64,000 nucleotides of DNA from a virus: positions 113,365 through 177,364 of IMG/VR virus record IMGVR_UViG_3300042402_001861, one strand, 5' to 3'. The notes under the pieces were generated by a model. It was not told the origin of the DNA and made no database searches. It was given only the letters and a program-made list of their open reading frames with translations. This document shows positions 1 through 7,706 of the stretch, piece after piece. Both the position numbers and the translations under genes were made by a program. Positions within the stretch are counted from its first letter, which is position 1. Each line of letters starts with the position of its first letter.

Positions 1-2
1 AC

Positions 3-290
3 GAGGATCTTGGAATCATGGGAGGCGGCGATGCTGCTGCCATACTGTCCACGGTGGTCGCCATCGCCAAGGAATTCGTCGCCAAGGTCAAGCCCATGGG
101 AATTCTCCTTGGCACGAAGATGGACGCAAAGGGAGCAAGGAGCCGAATCTATGCTGGCCTTGCAAGCAGAAACAATGCACGGATGATTCCCATTCCCTAC
201 TCGCCAAGGTCAGGCATGGGCAATGCGAACATGCTGTGGTTTGGCAAGGACAAGGACTTCCAGCCCGTCAGCAAGGAAGGCAAGCCATGA
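3..290 (+). CDS. hypothetical protein (probably 5'-truncated by window edge)
   Basis: Frame open from the window start; TGA overlaps the ATG of the next gene (ATGA at 287-290). Confidence 0.55.
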   Translation, partial: EDLGIMGGGDAAAILSTVVAIAKEFVAKVKPMGILLGTKMDAKGARSRIYAGLASRNNARMIPIPYSPRSGMGNANMLWFGKDKDFQPVSKEGKP

Positions 291-934
291 AGTCATTCAT
301 CGCATTCATCAGCGAGGCACAGTCCTTCGCACAATGGGTTGCACGGAATGCCGAGAAGCGCAAGGCACCCGCATCGGGTTCTCCCCGCAGTTCCTTCCCG
401 TGGATGCAGAATGCCAACATGGTTCCCGGTTGGTGGCATCCGACCAAGCAATGGTTCACTTTCGCCCACGGCAAGCAGGGCTACCATGTCACGCATCTTG
501 TGAACAACCTCTCAAAGTTCGGCATTTCCGAAAAGGAGTTGATGGCTGCTGCGGCGAAGGAAGCGCAGAGGCCATATTGGGACAACGAATTGAGAAAGCA
601 ACGGGGACACAATCTTGTCGATGCCGAGCGGGTGATCCACATGATCAAGAACGAGAACATCGACAACTCCTATCCGATCATGGCACTAGCCTACAAGCGT
701 GGATGGCTCAAGGCATACGGCGGGAAGTTCCACACCGGCGACCGTGGCGGCGCAATCGAAGGTTCCGACAAGAAGAGCATCAAGGCCGCGATCCGCGAGA
801 TAGAGCAGGCGGCATCCATGGCAGGAATCGATGACATCCGTATCGATGCAACGGAGCGGTCAAACACCACATACGAGCCAAAGTTCTTCGTTCTGGATTC
901 AAAGTTCAAGCGTGATGGATACATGAGGCAATGA
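287..934 (+). CDS. hypothetical protein with T4 capsid-targeting-like N-terminus
   Basis: ATGA coupling to upstream ORF; begins MKSFIAFISEA (cf. T4 IPIII MKTYQEFIAE). Confidence 0.7.
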   Translation: MKSFIAFISEAQSFAQWVARNAEKRKAPASGSPRSSFPWMQNANMVPGWWHPTKQWFTFAHGKQGYHVTHLVNNLSKFGISEKELMAAAAKEAQRPYWDNELRKQRGHNLVDAERVIHMIKNENIDNSYPIMALAYKRGWLKAYGGKFHTGDRGGAIEGSDKKSIKAAIREIEQAASMAGIDDIRIDATERSNTTYEPKFFVLDSKFKRDGYMRQ

Positions 935-935
935 C

Positions 936-1409
936 ATGAGCAACCACTTTTCACAACTTCGTTTCTCTCCCGTCAGCAAGAGGAAGGTTCTGTATTCCTT
1001 CTATGACCTGACCATCCGCCCGATGCGGACCATGCCGCCATTCTCCTACGGTGTCAACAACATCGAAGGGCTCCGTGTCGTTACGATGACACCCGATGGC
1101 AAGGAGACTTCCAACACAGCATCCAAGGGAGACATCATCATGAGCGGGGTAAGCCGCGAGAAGTATGTCATCCGTGGGGCGAAGTTCGGGAAGTTGTATG
1201 TGGGCACCATCGGTTCCACCGTATATCCCGAGCAGTCACCGAGGATGGTCGCAAGGTATGACGGTCCCAATGTCACATTCAAGGCTCCGTGGGGCGAGGA
1301 CATGGTTGCCAAGAAGGGCGACTACATCGTCCGCGAGGGCGATGGTGCAGGATTCTACCGTGTGGCCAAGGCCGAATTCGAGAAGACCTACAACCCTCTG
1401 CCGAAATAA
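936..1409 (+). CDS. conserved phage protein, PGDYG-like motif
   Basis: APWGEDMVAKKGDYIVREGDG..FYRVAKAEFEKTY resembles the phage (P/K)GDY(I/L)V family. Confidence 0.6.
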   Translation: MSNHFSQLRFSPVSKRKVLYSFYDLTIRPMRTMPPFSYGVNNIEGLRVVTMTPDGKETSNTASKGDIIMSGVSREKYVIRGAKFGKLYVGTIGSTVYPEQSPRMVARYDGPNVTFKAPWGEDMVAKKGDYIVREGDGAGFYRVAKAEFEKTYNPLPK

Positions 1410-1412
1410 ATA
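1407..1412 (+). promoter_or_regulatory. T4-type late promoter core TAAATA
   Basis: AATAAATA directly upstream of RBS AGGAG and ATG 1431. Confidence 0.6.
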
Positions 1413-1430
1413 CAAAAACAGGAGAACGCC

Positions 1431-1907
1431 ATGGGATTCAACGACAACTGGGACGGAGTGAAGCGCATCGACCTCAACGAAAAGTTGATCGGCAAGCAGC
1501 ACAAACTTGACTTCAACAAGGACGGCAAGTTGACCAAGACCGACTTCGACATCCTCAAGGGAATCCGCAAGGATGCCGAGAAGAAGAAGGACAAGAAGGA
1601 GTCCGTCGAAGAAGTCGATGAGGCCACGAATCAGGCACCGAGACTGCCGCACTTCACCGACCTGAAGGACTTCGCTGCCAATGTCCGAAAGACAGCAATG
1701 ACAGTCAAGTCTTCGGACATGCAGAACTATCTCCTGCAAGTCTCGGGTTCACTTGCTCATGCCGGTCAGCAGCAGGCATATTTCTTTGAAGGACTCATCA
1801 GTTCCCTTACGGACATTCACCGCAAGACCATGAGTCCTTCCAAGCACGGCAACATGGAAATACTGAAAGACCTTGAGATGGTGATCAAGGAACTCAAGAA
1901 GTATTGA
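1431..1907 (+). CDS. putative internal head/prohead-core protein with EF-hand-like loop
   Basis: GKQHKLDFNKDGKLTKTDFDILK motif typical of T4-like internal proteins; acidic linker ESVEEVDEA; late promoter. Confidence 0.6.
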   Translation: MGFNDNWDGVKRIDLNEKLIGKQHKLDFNKDGKLTKTDFDILKGIRKDAEKKKDKKESVEEVDEATNQAPRLPHFTDLKDFAANVRKTAMTVKSSDMQNYLLQVSGSLAHAGQQQAYFFEGLISSLTDIHRKTMSPSKHGNMEILKDLEMVIKELKKY

Positions 1908-1938
1908 AATAGGCATTCGTGGGGTTGCGACATTTGAC

Positions 1939-1966
1939 TTGCATTCGGCGGTTCATGCTGTATACT
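1939..1966 (+). promoter_or_regulatory. sigma70-like promoter TTGCAT-16-TATACT
   Basis: Consensus-like hexamers in the intergenic gap before ATG 1993. Confidence 0.45.
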
Positions 1967-1992
1967 TGTCGCAACCATCAAGGACAAACACC

Positions 1993-2175
1993 ATGCAGAA
2001 AGCGGAAAATACGATTCAGCGGCTCCTTGCCCTGCGAGACAAGTACGAGTACAACGACGATATTCGTGATGTGTGCAATCTCGCGATTTCTCAACTTCAG
2101 ATGTTCGTCAAGGAAGATCGAAACACGATTGATCGTTTCTTCTTCCGTGGATGGGGAAAGGGAAAGGACGAGTGA
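1993..2175 (+). CDS. hypothetical protein
   Basis: RBS AAGGA upstream; stop overlaps next start. Confidence 0.55.
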   Translation: MQKAENTIQRLLALRDKYEYNDDIRDVCNLAISQLQMFVKEDRNTIDRFFFRGWGKGKDE

Positions 2176-2429
2176 TGATGGATATTGCAAGATATCGCTT
2201 CCTGTCCAATGGGACGGGACCGTGTGTGAGGCTGACGAGGGAAGAGCAAGAGCAGGGATGGCATTGGTGTTGGGAGTGGGATGACATGCTTGTCGGTCCC
2301 CACATGGCCGAGGCTTTCTCATGCACCTGTGGCGTGAAGAATCTTGAGGAGTGGAAGAACTCCCCCGAGGGAAAGAAGTTCGAAGAGGAACAGTTCAAGT
2401 GCGAACCCTTGGACGGTGGAACTTTCTGA
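2175..2429 (+). CDS. hypothetical protein
   Basis: TGATG overlap with upstream gene; WCWEWDDMLV..CTC motif. Confidence 0.5.
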   Translation: MMDIARYRFLSNGTGPCVRLTREEQEQGWHWCWEWDDMLVGPHMAEAFSCTCGVKNLEEWKNSPEGKKFEEEQFKCEPLDGGTF

Positions 2430-2640
2430 TTTCCTAAACACTTGGGTGAAAGAACCCGAGCGAAGAAACATCCGCACCGTAAACTTCAAGATCGAAGGCG
2501 GTATCTCTGCAACTCTCGCAAGCAACATGATGATCCGTGAGAGCAACCGTGCCAAGGCTGAGGGATGGGAACAGGTATTGCTTGAAGTCCACACCAAGAA
2601 CAACACATTTCAGTTGACCCTGACGGGCATCAAGTACTGA
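2416..2640 (+). CDS. hypothetical protein (GTG start inferred)
   Basis: Protein-like C-terminal part of ORF 2344..2640; in-frame GTG at 2416; stop abuts the convergent gene. Confidence 0.4.
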   Translation: MELSDFLNTWVKEPERRNIRTVNFKIEGGISATLASNMMIRESNRAKAEGWEQVLLEVHTKNNTFQLTLTGIKY

Positions 2641-3918
2641 TTACTTGACGCAGCCCCAGAAAAGGTCTGCGCCAGCCTTGCTTGTTATGTCTATGCCCTT
2701 TTTGGCGGTAGTCTTTGACTTCGAACCCTCAACACGGGGAGCGATGGCAAAGGTCACTCTTGCCTTCTTGCTCTCTATTGTGCAAGACACATCAAATACG
2801 GACATTGATCTAGCCTGACGGTTTATGTCGGTTGCCTTTGTCGGAGTTGAGTGTACTTGTGTTATCTTTCCGATTTCTAGGTTTCCTGATGTTGCAGGGA
2901 ACGGTTTCATGCTATAGATGTACTGTTGACCGTTCACCTTGATCGTCTTGCTTGATGTGTTGAAGTCCACGGCTCCTGTCTTGGCAAGATTCGACAGGAC
3001 TTTCTCTTCCATGTAGACGGGCTTCCCTACCTTTATATCGTTTATGGATGCCGCTTGGATTCTTATCCTTCTTTTCAGGGCAACCGTGGTTTCGCTCAAT
3101 GATCCTCGCTTGAGGCGAACCTCCATCTCTCTCGCAGAATCATCCATCTTGTCAAGTGAGGAAATCGATGGGACTGTTCCGCCAACAAACCACGAAGGAA
3201 GTTTGGCACCAGAGTAAAGAAGCCCGATGTTTTCAATATAGACAAAGTGGTCACCGCCATTCTTTGCAAGACCTTGCAAAGTTGCCCAGTAACTGTCTAG
3301 GGTGATTCTCCACTTTTCGCCGCTTTCCTGTGTCGTGTACTTCTTCAGTATTGGATTCCATATTTCCTTTGTGACCCAGAAGTGTATGTTTCCCGAGATA
3401 GTGGATTGATCGTTCATCCACTTTCCGATAGTCGGCAACATGACATCAAGTCTGGCTTCCACGGTTGTCAACTTCTTGAGTACCGACTTTCGGTTTATCT
3501 CACTCATGGAGTTCCACTTGCCAAGGGACACCTCTGTGGGGCTCCACTTCTTGTTGTTTCGATTGAGAGTGATGCTGACTCCCTGTGCTTCTTCTTTCTT
3601 CACTTCGATCACGATAGGATCGCTGAGTCTCTTTCCGTTCTTGTCTAGTTTGTAGATTGTAATGTCAGGCTGTACAGAACCAATTCCCTTGTCTCCTCCA
3701 CCTTGAGAGAAATTGCTTACGACCTCTATCTTTCCCTGAAGATGCGAAGGCATTTCCTTGAGAAGTGCCTTGGCTATTTTGTTCTGCAACACACCGCCAG
3801 CCTGCCCACGAATCGACTTCTGCGGAGCCTTGGCTTCGAGGAACATACGGGCAGCAGGGGACAGCAGAGGAGAACTCTCGTCCAGATGGATGAACTGTTT
3901 TAGGGTTAGTGGCTTCAT
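2641..3918 (-). CDS. putative PD-(D/E)xK nuclease-domain protein
   Basis: 425-aa ORF; VQPDITI...IVIEVKK restriction-endonuclease-like motif; N-terminus MKPLTLKQFIHLDES; minus-strand late promoter at 3925-3930. Confidence 0.6.
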   Translation of the reverse strand: MKPLTLKQFIHLDESSPLLSPAARMFLEAKAPQKSIRGQAGGVLQNKIAKALLKEMPSHLQGKIEVVSNFSQGGGDKGIGSVQPDITIYKLDKNGKRLSDPIVIEVKKEEAQGVSITLNRNNKKWSPTEVSLGKWNSMSEINRKSVLKKLTTVEARLDVMLPTIGKWMNDQSTISGNIHFWVTKEIWNPILKKYTTQESGEKWRITLDSYWATLQGLAKNGGDHFVYIENIGLLYSGAKLPSWFVGGTVPSISSLDKMDDSAREMEVRLKRGSLSETTVALKRRIRIQAASINDIKVGKPVYMEEKVLSNLAKTGAVDFNTSSKTIKVNGQQYIYSMKPFPATSGNLEIGKITQVHSTPTKATDINRQARSMSVFDVSCTIESKKARVTFAIAPRVEGSKSKTTAKKGIDITSKAGADLFWGCVK

Positions 3919-3924
3919 GCTCGG

Positions 3925-3938
3925 TATTTATCTAAATA
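3925..3938. promoter_or_regulatory. back-to-back late promoters TATTTA-TC-TAAATA
   Basis: TAAATA on both strands between divergent ATGs at 3918(-) and 3957(+). Confidence 0.65.
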
Positions 3939-3956
3939 AAAACCGAGGATACCCCC

Positions 3957-4214
3957 ATGAAGAGTTTCAAGAAACTTAAGGAAGAGTTGGCAGGCCGTGT
4001 TCAGGTTCACTACGGATCGAAGGACGGCTTTGGTAAGGATGTCAAGATCATCGCCACGGTTCCCCCGATGACTGAACCTGCCATCGAAAACAAGTACGAC
4101 CTCATGCGAAAAATTGAAAAGTACATCAAAGACATGAAGACAAAGGGGTTGATCAAGGGGAATGGCTACAAAATCGTATACCCACATGACCCACAATGGC
4201 GTGGGAGTAAGTGA
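3957..4214 (+). CDS. small hypothetical protein with capsid-targeting-like N-terminus
   Basis: MKSFKKLKEEL; RBS GAGGA; late promoter. Confidence 0.65.
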   Translation: MKSFKKLKEELAGRVQVHYGSKDGFGKDVKIIATVPPMTEPAIENKYDLMRKIEKYIKDMKTKGLIKGNGYKIVYPHDPQWRGSK

Positions 4215-4220
4215 GCAAAC

Positions 4221-4388
4221 ATGGGAAGAGAGCGTAAGGGAAAGATGGACAAGGGGGGCAAGAAGCCCGGACTTTCGTTGCAGGGACTGCCGAAGATTTA
4301 TCCACCCAATGGTCAACCCATAAGCAAGGAACTTCGTGCTTGGGCAGAGCGGAAGATTGCCGCCAACAAGGCAGCAGGCAAGCGTTAA
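4221..4388 (+). CDS. small basic hypothetical protein (55 aa)
   Basis: MGRERKGKMDKGGKKPG...KAAGKR; fills the gap; its stop interlocks with the convergent stop in TTAA (4385-4388). Confidence 0.45.
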   Translation: MGRERKGKMDKGGKKPGLSLQGLPKIYPPNGQPISKELRAWAERKIAANKAAGKR

Positions 4389-4684
4389 CGGTAGCGGACG
4401 ATCAGGGTCTTCTGCCAGATCGACCAAGTGACCTTCTCGTCATCGCCAACGATGTCCGAGAGAAGTTGCTCCACTTTTTGCCGAGCAGACTTGCGTAGTT
4501 CTGAATCGTCCTGCCGTTGCGAGTCACCAATTGGAATCTGTCCGTTGAGTCCCTGTATCAGGTTGAAGTCGGGTGCATTCCTGAATTCAGGTATCTCCAT
4601 CATTAGCCAACTAATGTCATAGGTCTTGATGACATCGGGACACATGAGCATCAGGCTCGTAAGCAGGACGGGAAGAATCTGCAT
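4385..4684 (-). CDS. small exported protein resembling the planctomycete secretin-like repeat domain
   Basis: Hydrophobic N-terminus MQILPVLLTSLMLMC; KTYDISWLMMEIPEFRNAPDFNL...TLIVR; TGATG coupling to upstream gene. Confidence 0.55.
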   Translation of the reverse strand: MQILPVLLTSLMLMCPDVIKTYDISWLMMEIPEFRNAPDFNLIQGLNGQIPIGDSQRQDDSELRKSARQKVEQLLSDIVGDDEKVTWSIWQKTLIVRYR

Positions 4685-4959
4685 CAGTATTGCTCCGAAT
4701 AGGGCTTGGCCCATGACAGGGCGATGATGTCCTCTATGCCTAGAGGATTTGCGATCCTACGCAGCACACCCTTTTCCGTGGATGTTGGCTCTCCCGGCGT
4801 ACCATTACGCATGGCACGGACGCACTTTTCAAGTGTTGCCTCGTCCAAGGATTTCAAAATTTCAAGGTATTCCTCGGGAATCGAAGCGGATTCGGGGACA
4901 GCCTCGTAGGCAATTTCAATCGGAGGCATTGAGATGTTTCCGTATCGGAATCTTGGCAT
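4684..4959 (-). CDS. hypothetical protein
   Basis: RBS AGGAG before ATG 4959 on the minus strand; coupled to 4385..4684. Confidence 0.55.
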   Translation of the reverse strand: MPRFRYGNISMPPIEIAYEAVPESASIPEEYLEILKSLDEATLEKCVRAMRNGTPGEPTSTEKGVLRRIANPLGIEDIIALSWAKPYSEQY

Positions 4960-4970
4960 GGAAGTCTCCT

Positions 4971-5011
4971 CTGTATCTATGGGGGCAGGCGAATTTGAGG
5001 AATAGATACAG
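4971..5011. repeat. 10-bp inverted repeat CTGTATCTAT...ATAGATACAG between divergent genes (possible TAGATA late-promoter variants)
   Basis: Exact inverted pair at 4971-4980 and 5002-5011, each pointing at an RBS and ATG. Confidence 0.5.
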
Positions 5012-5025
5012 TAGAGGAATTCCCC

Positions 5026-5496
5026 ATGGCATATGCACACAAGTTGGCAGAACTAGCCAACCAAATCACTAATCTCACCGAGGCTCCGATGCTTGCTCCA
5101 AGCACGGACACCGGCATGTTCGGCTACAGCAAGTCGCAGTTTGAGATGAAGATTCGCCAACTGCTTCAGAGAATGGGATTTGAGAAGGGCATCAACAAGA
5201 TGGAGATCGGCTCCAACGGTAAGATGATGCTCCACTTCGCCAATGCAGCGAAGGCACGGGACTTCATGATCACATTCAACGGCATGGTTCGTCGCATGGC
5301 CAAGGGCGGTGCCACGGCTGCACAGATGGTGACTTCCTTCGACAAGAACAAGTCTCCCGGCACGGCTGCCGTTGTATCCGTTGACTTCTCCGTGATGATG
5401 AAGAAGGAAGGTGTCGAGGTCACCGAGGACATCTTCGTGATGCTCGAAAGCCTGCACGATTCGTTCATCAAGGAACAAACTTCTACGGAAGAATAA
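5026..5496 (+). CDS. hypothetical protein
   Basis: 156-aa ORF, RBS GAGG, phage-typical codon usage. Confidence 0.65.
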   Translation: MAYAHKLAELANQITNLTEAPMLAPSTDTGMFGYSKSQFEMKIRQLLQRMGFEKGINKMEIGSNGKMMLHFANAAKARDFMITFNGMVRRMAKGGATAAQMVTSFDKNKSPGTAAVVSVDFSVMMKKEGVEVTEDIFVMLESLHDSFIKEQTSTEE

Positions 5497-5810
5497 TGCA
5501 CTATCGTGACTTGAAGAAAAAGTTGGAAGAGGAGATTGCCAACACCACGGCGATCATCAATTATCCCGCAGGGTTCCAAGTAGACACGGTTCCATCTGAC
5601 TTCGATGTCGAAGACTTTCCCGAGGATGATGAGTGGAGCAGAGACAGAAAAGACCTTGGCGACAAGTGGGAAGTTGCAAATGCAGCGGCAGCACGGGAAC
5701 GCCGTGAGACTGTACTTCGCTGGCTTAAAGCCGCCTCTGGCAATCAGTTAAATGCGGTTGACAACAAGAGCCTCCCCAAGGTTCCCGGTTGGCAATCCGA
5801 GAAGTATTAA
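5496..5810 (+). CDS. hypothetical protein, capsid-targeting-like N-terminus
   Basis: TAATG overlap; MHYRDLKKKLEEEIANT. Confidence 0.6.
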   Translation: MHYRDLKKKLEEEIANTTAIINYPAGFQVDTVPSDFDVEDFPEDDEWSRDRKDLGDKWEVANAAAARERRETVLRWLKAASGNQLNAVDNKSLPKVPGWQSEKY

Positions 5811-5812
5811 AC

Positions 5813-5842
5813 TTGACACGAATTGTGGGGTGAATGTAGACT
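5813..5842 (+). promoter_or_regulatory. possible sigma70-like promoter TTGACA-18-TAGACT
   Basis: Perfect -35 upstream of the OMP gene; long spacer. Confidence 0.35.
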
Positions 5843-5898
5843 CCCTCCCTATACATACCTATCCCTATCCATTGTGGGTCGGGAGTTACAAAGGAGAA

Positions 5899-6669
5899 AT
5901 GATGAAGAAAGTAATTACCTACGCTGCGGCTATGGTTGCCGCTCTTTCCTTCGGCCACATGGCTGCTGCTCAGGAGGCTGCTGCTCCTGCCGCTGCTCCG
6001 GTGTTCGAAGTCAAGAATTGGTACTTCCGCGAGAGCATCGATGTGAATGCCCTCAAGGATAACGGCGGCACCTTCGTTGGACTGAACCAGACCCTAGGAT
6101 TCGACATCATGAAGGATGTGACTGTCGATTTCAATGTTCCCGTGTATGCACAGAATGGCTACACCTCGGTGGCCAACCTCATGCTCGGTGCAAATTGGGC
6201 TGCGTTCAAGGGCAACAACAGCGTCCTTGGTGACTGGATGCTGAACTTCGGTGGCGGTTTCTACATTCCCGTTGGTACGGAATACTTCCGCAATGCGAAT
6301 GTGAACCCGTTCGTGAACACCAAGTTCGGCTTCGATCTGTGGAAGTTCGACTTCGCACAGACCGTTGACTACCGCTTCAACGGTGGAGAGTCCTACATCA
6401 CTTGGCTCGGAGCCAAGACCGATTCGGATGTCCTCACCCTTGTGTCGGATCTGTCCTATGCTTGGAACGCTTGGAACTTCGGCCTACAGTTTGACCAGTT
6501 GTACTATGTCAACAGCGGCGAGTACCAGTTGTTCCTTGGTCCGGTTGCTTCGTGGGAGGTTGCTTCGAATGTTTCGTTCGACGCTGCCATCCTCATCCCT
6601 GTTGCACAACAGGTCACTAGCGCCGAGTCCAATGCCTTCGTGAAGGCTGGCATCGAAGTCAAGTTCTGA
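5899..6669 (+). CDS. outer-membrane beta-barrel protein (transporter/porin-like)
   Basis: RBS AAGGAG; Sec signal MKKVITYAAAMVAALSFGHMAAA; alternating amphipathic aromatic-rich strands; C-terminal GIEVKF (terminal Phe, BAM-type signal). Confidence 0.75.
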   Translation: MMKKVITYAAAMVAALSFGHMAAAQEAAAPAAAPVFEVKNWYFRESIDVNALKDNGGTFVGLNQTLGFDIMKDVTVDFNVPVYAQNGYTSVANLMLGANWAAFKGNNSVLGDWMLNFGGGFYIPVGTEYFRNANVNPFVNTKFGFDLWKFDFAQTVDYRFNGGESYITWLGAKTDSDVLTLVSDLSYAWNAWNFGLQFDQLYYVNSGEYQLFLGPVASWEVASNVSFDAAILIPVAQQVTSAESNAFVKAGIEVKF

Positions 6670-6690
6670 TTTCAAATTTCTGCTACTTCA

Positions 6691-6723
6691 ACGGCAGGGA
6701 GTCGAAAGACTCCCTGCTGTTTT
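6691..6723 (+). terminator. Rho-independent terminator
   Basis: 13-bp stem ACGGCAGGGAGTC-GAAA-GACTCCCTGCTGT followed by T tract. Confidence 0.85.
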
Positions 6724-6725
6724 CC

Positions 6726-6731
6726 TAAATA
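6726..6731 (+). promoter_or_regulatory. T4-type late promoter CTAAATA
   Basis: Immediately after terminator, 5 nt before ATG 6737. Confidence 0.6.
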
Positions 6732-6736
6732 TCCAT

Positions 6737-7621
6737 ATGCGTAGATTCCGAAGTTTCGTTTCCGAAGGTTACAACGGCGATGGCGATTGCATGGAAGCCG
6801 CCGCCAACCTAATGATGCGTTTTCACACTCCTTTCTTCGGAAAGCAGTTGCAGTCCAAGTCGGGAAATCCCATTCTCGTCCATGCCCTCGTCTACGGACA
6901 GGGGCCGGTGAAGAATCTTCGGTTCCCCCATGCATGGGTTGAGGATGGAGATACCGTCATCGACCAATCCAACGGTCGCGATATCCAAATGGACAAGCGA
7001 GTTTACTACGCAGTAGGCAAGATTGATCCCAAGCAGAAGGGTGCCTACAAGACATATACCTTCAAGGAAATGAAGAAGAAGTTGACATCTACAGGTCACT
7101 ACGGACATTGGGACTTGGATGAGAAACTTGAGGAAGTCACTTCGCGAATTGGCAAGATGCGAAAGCCGGTTGGACGCAAGGTGATGGACATCCTGAAGGA
7201 AGCAATCGTCAGCGGAGTGGGCGGTGGCGTAAGAAAGCCGATGCCCCCTTCATCCCCCGTCAAGAAGATTGAGTGGAACGAGTTGAAGCGGCTTGAGTCG
7301 ATGCTTGACAATCTGTTCGCCGCTGCAAAGTTGGACATCAAGTTCACCAAGCACTTCCTTGAGAGAGTCAACGGTTCCCGTGGGTACGGCGGCACCGTGA
7401 CGATGGGTGAGATTCAGGATGCCTTCAACAAGACATTCAAGAAGTATGCAAGCGTCATTCAGAACAAGCCCGTCGATTGGAAGGCAGTCATCAACGATGT
7501 CTCCAAGAATCTCAACATGCCGTTTGCGTTGGATTGGGACGCAAGCAAGAAAAGCATGGTGATCCTGACGGCGATGAAGAAACCCAACTTTGCCTCGCCC
7601 GACCCAAAGTTGAAGGTCTGA
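6737..7621 (+). CDS. two-domain T4-like virion-associated protein
   Basis: MRRFRSFVSEG N-terminus; domain 1 GDCME...FPHAWVE; domain 2 IKFTKHFLERVN...NMPFAL familiar from T4-like phages. Confidence 0.65.
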   Translation: MRRFRSFVSEGYNGDGDCMEAAANLMMRFHTPFFGKQLQSKSGNPILVHALVYGQGPVKNLRFPHAWVEDGDTVIDQSNGRDIQMDKRVYYAVGKIDPKQKGAYKTYTFKEMKKKLTSTGHYGHWDLDEKLEEVTSRIGKMRKPVGRKVMDILKEAIVSGVGGGVRKPMPPSSPVKKIEWNELKRLESMLDNLFAAAKLDIKFTKHFLERVNGSRGYGGTVTMGEIQDAFNKTFKKYASVIQNKPVDWKAVINDVSKNLNMPFALDWDASKKSMVILTAMKKPNFASPDPKLKV

Positions 7622-7665
7622 TAACAAACAAAGTTATTGGTCAAATTCCGCAGCATCCAAGGGGG

Positions 7666-7694
7666 TTGACGGCGAGAACGGATTTTGCTAAACT
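7666..7694 (+). promoter_or_regulatory. sigma70-like early promoter TTGACG-17-TAAACT with extended -10 TG
   Basis: Hexamers at 7666-7671 and 7689-7694 before ATG 7707. Confidence 0.6.
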
Positions 7695-7706
7695 TGGGTC
7701 AGACAA

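Noticed and set aside
5752-5898. N-terminal extension of the OMP ORF from 5752
   Set aside because: It overlaps the upstream gene and promoter; the RBS and signal peptide point to ATG 5899
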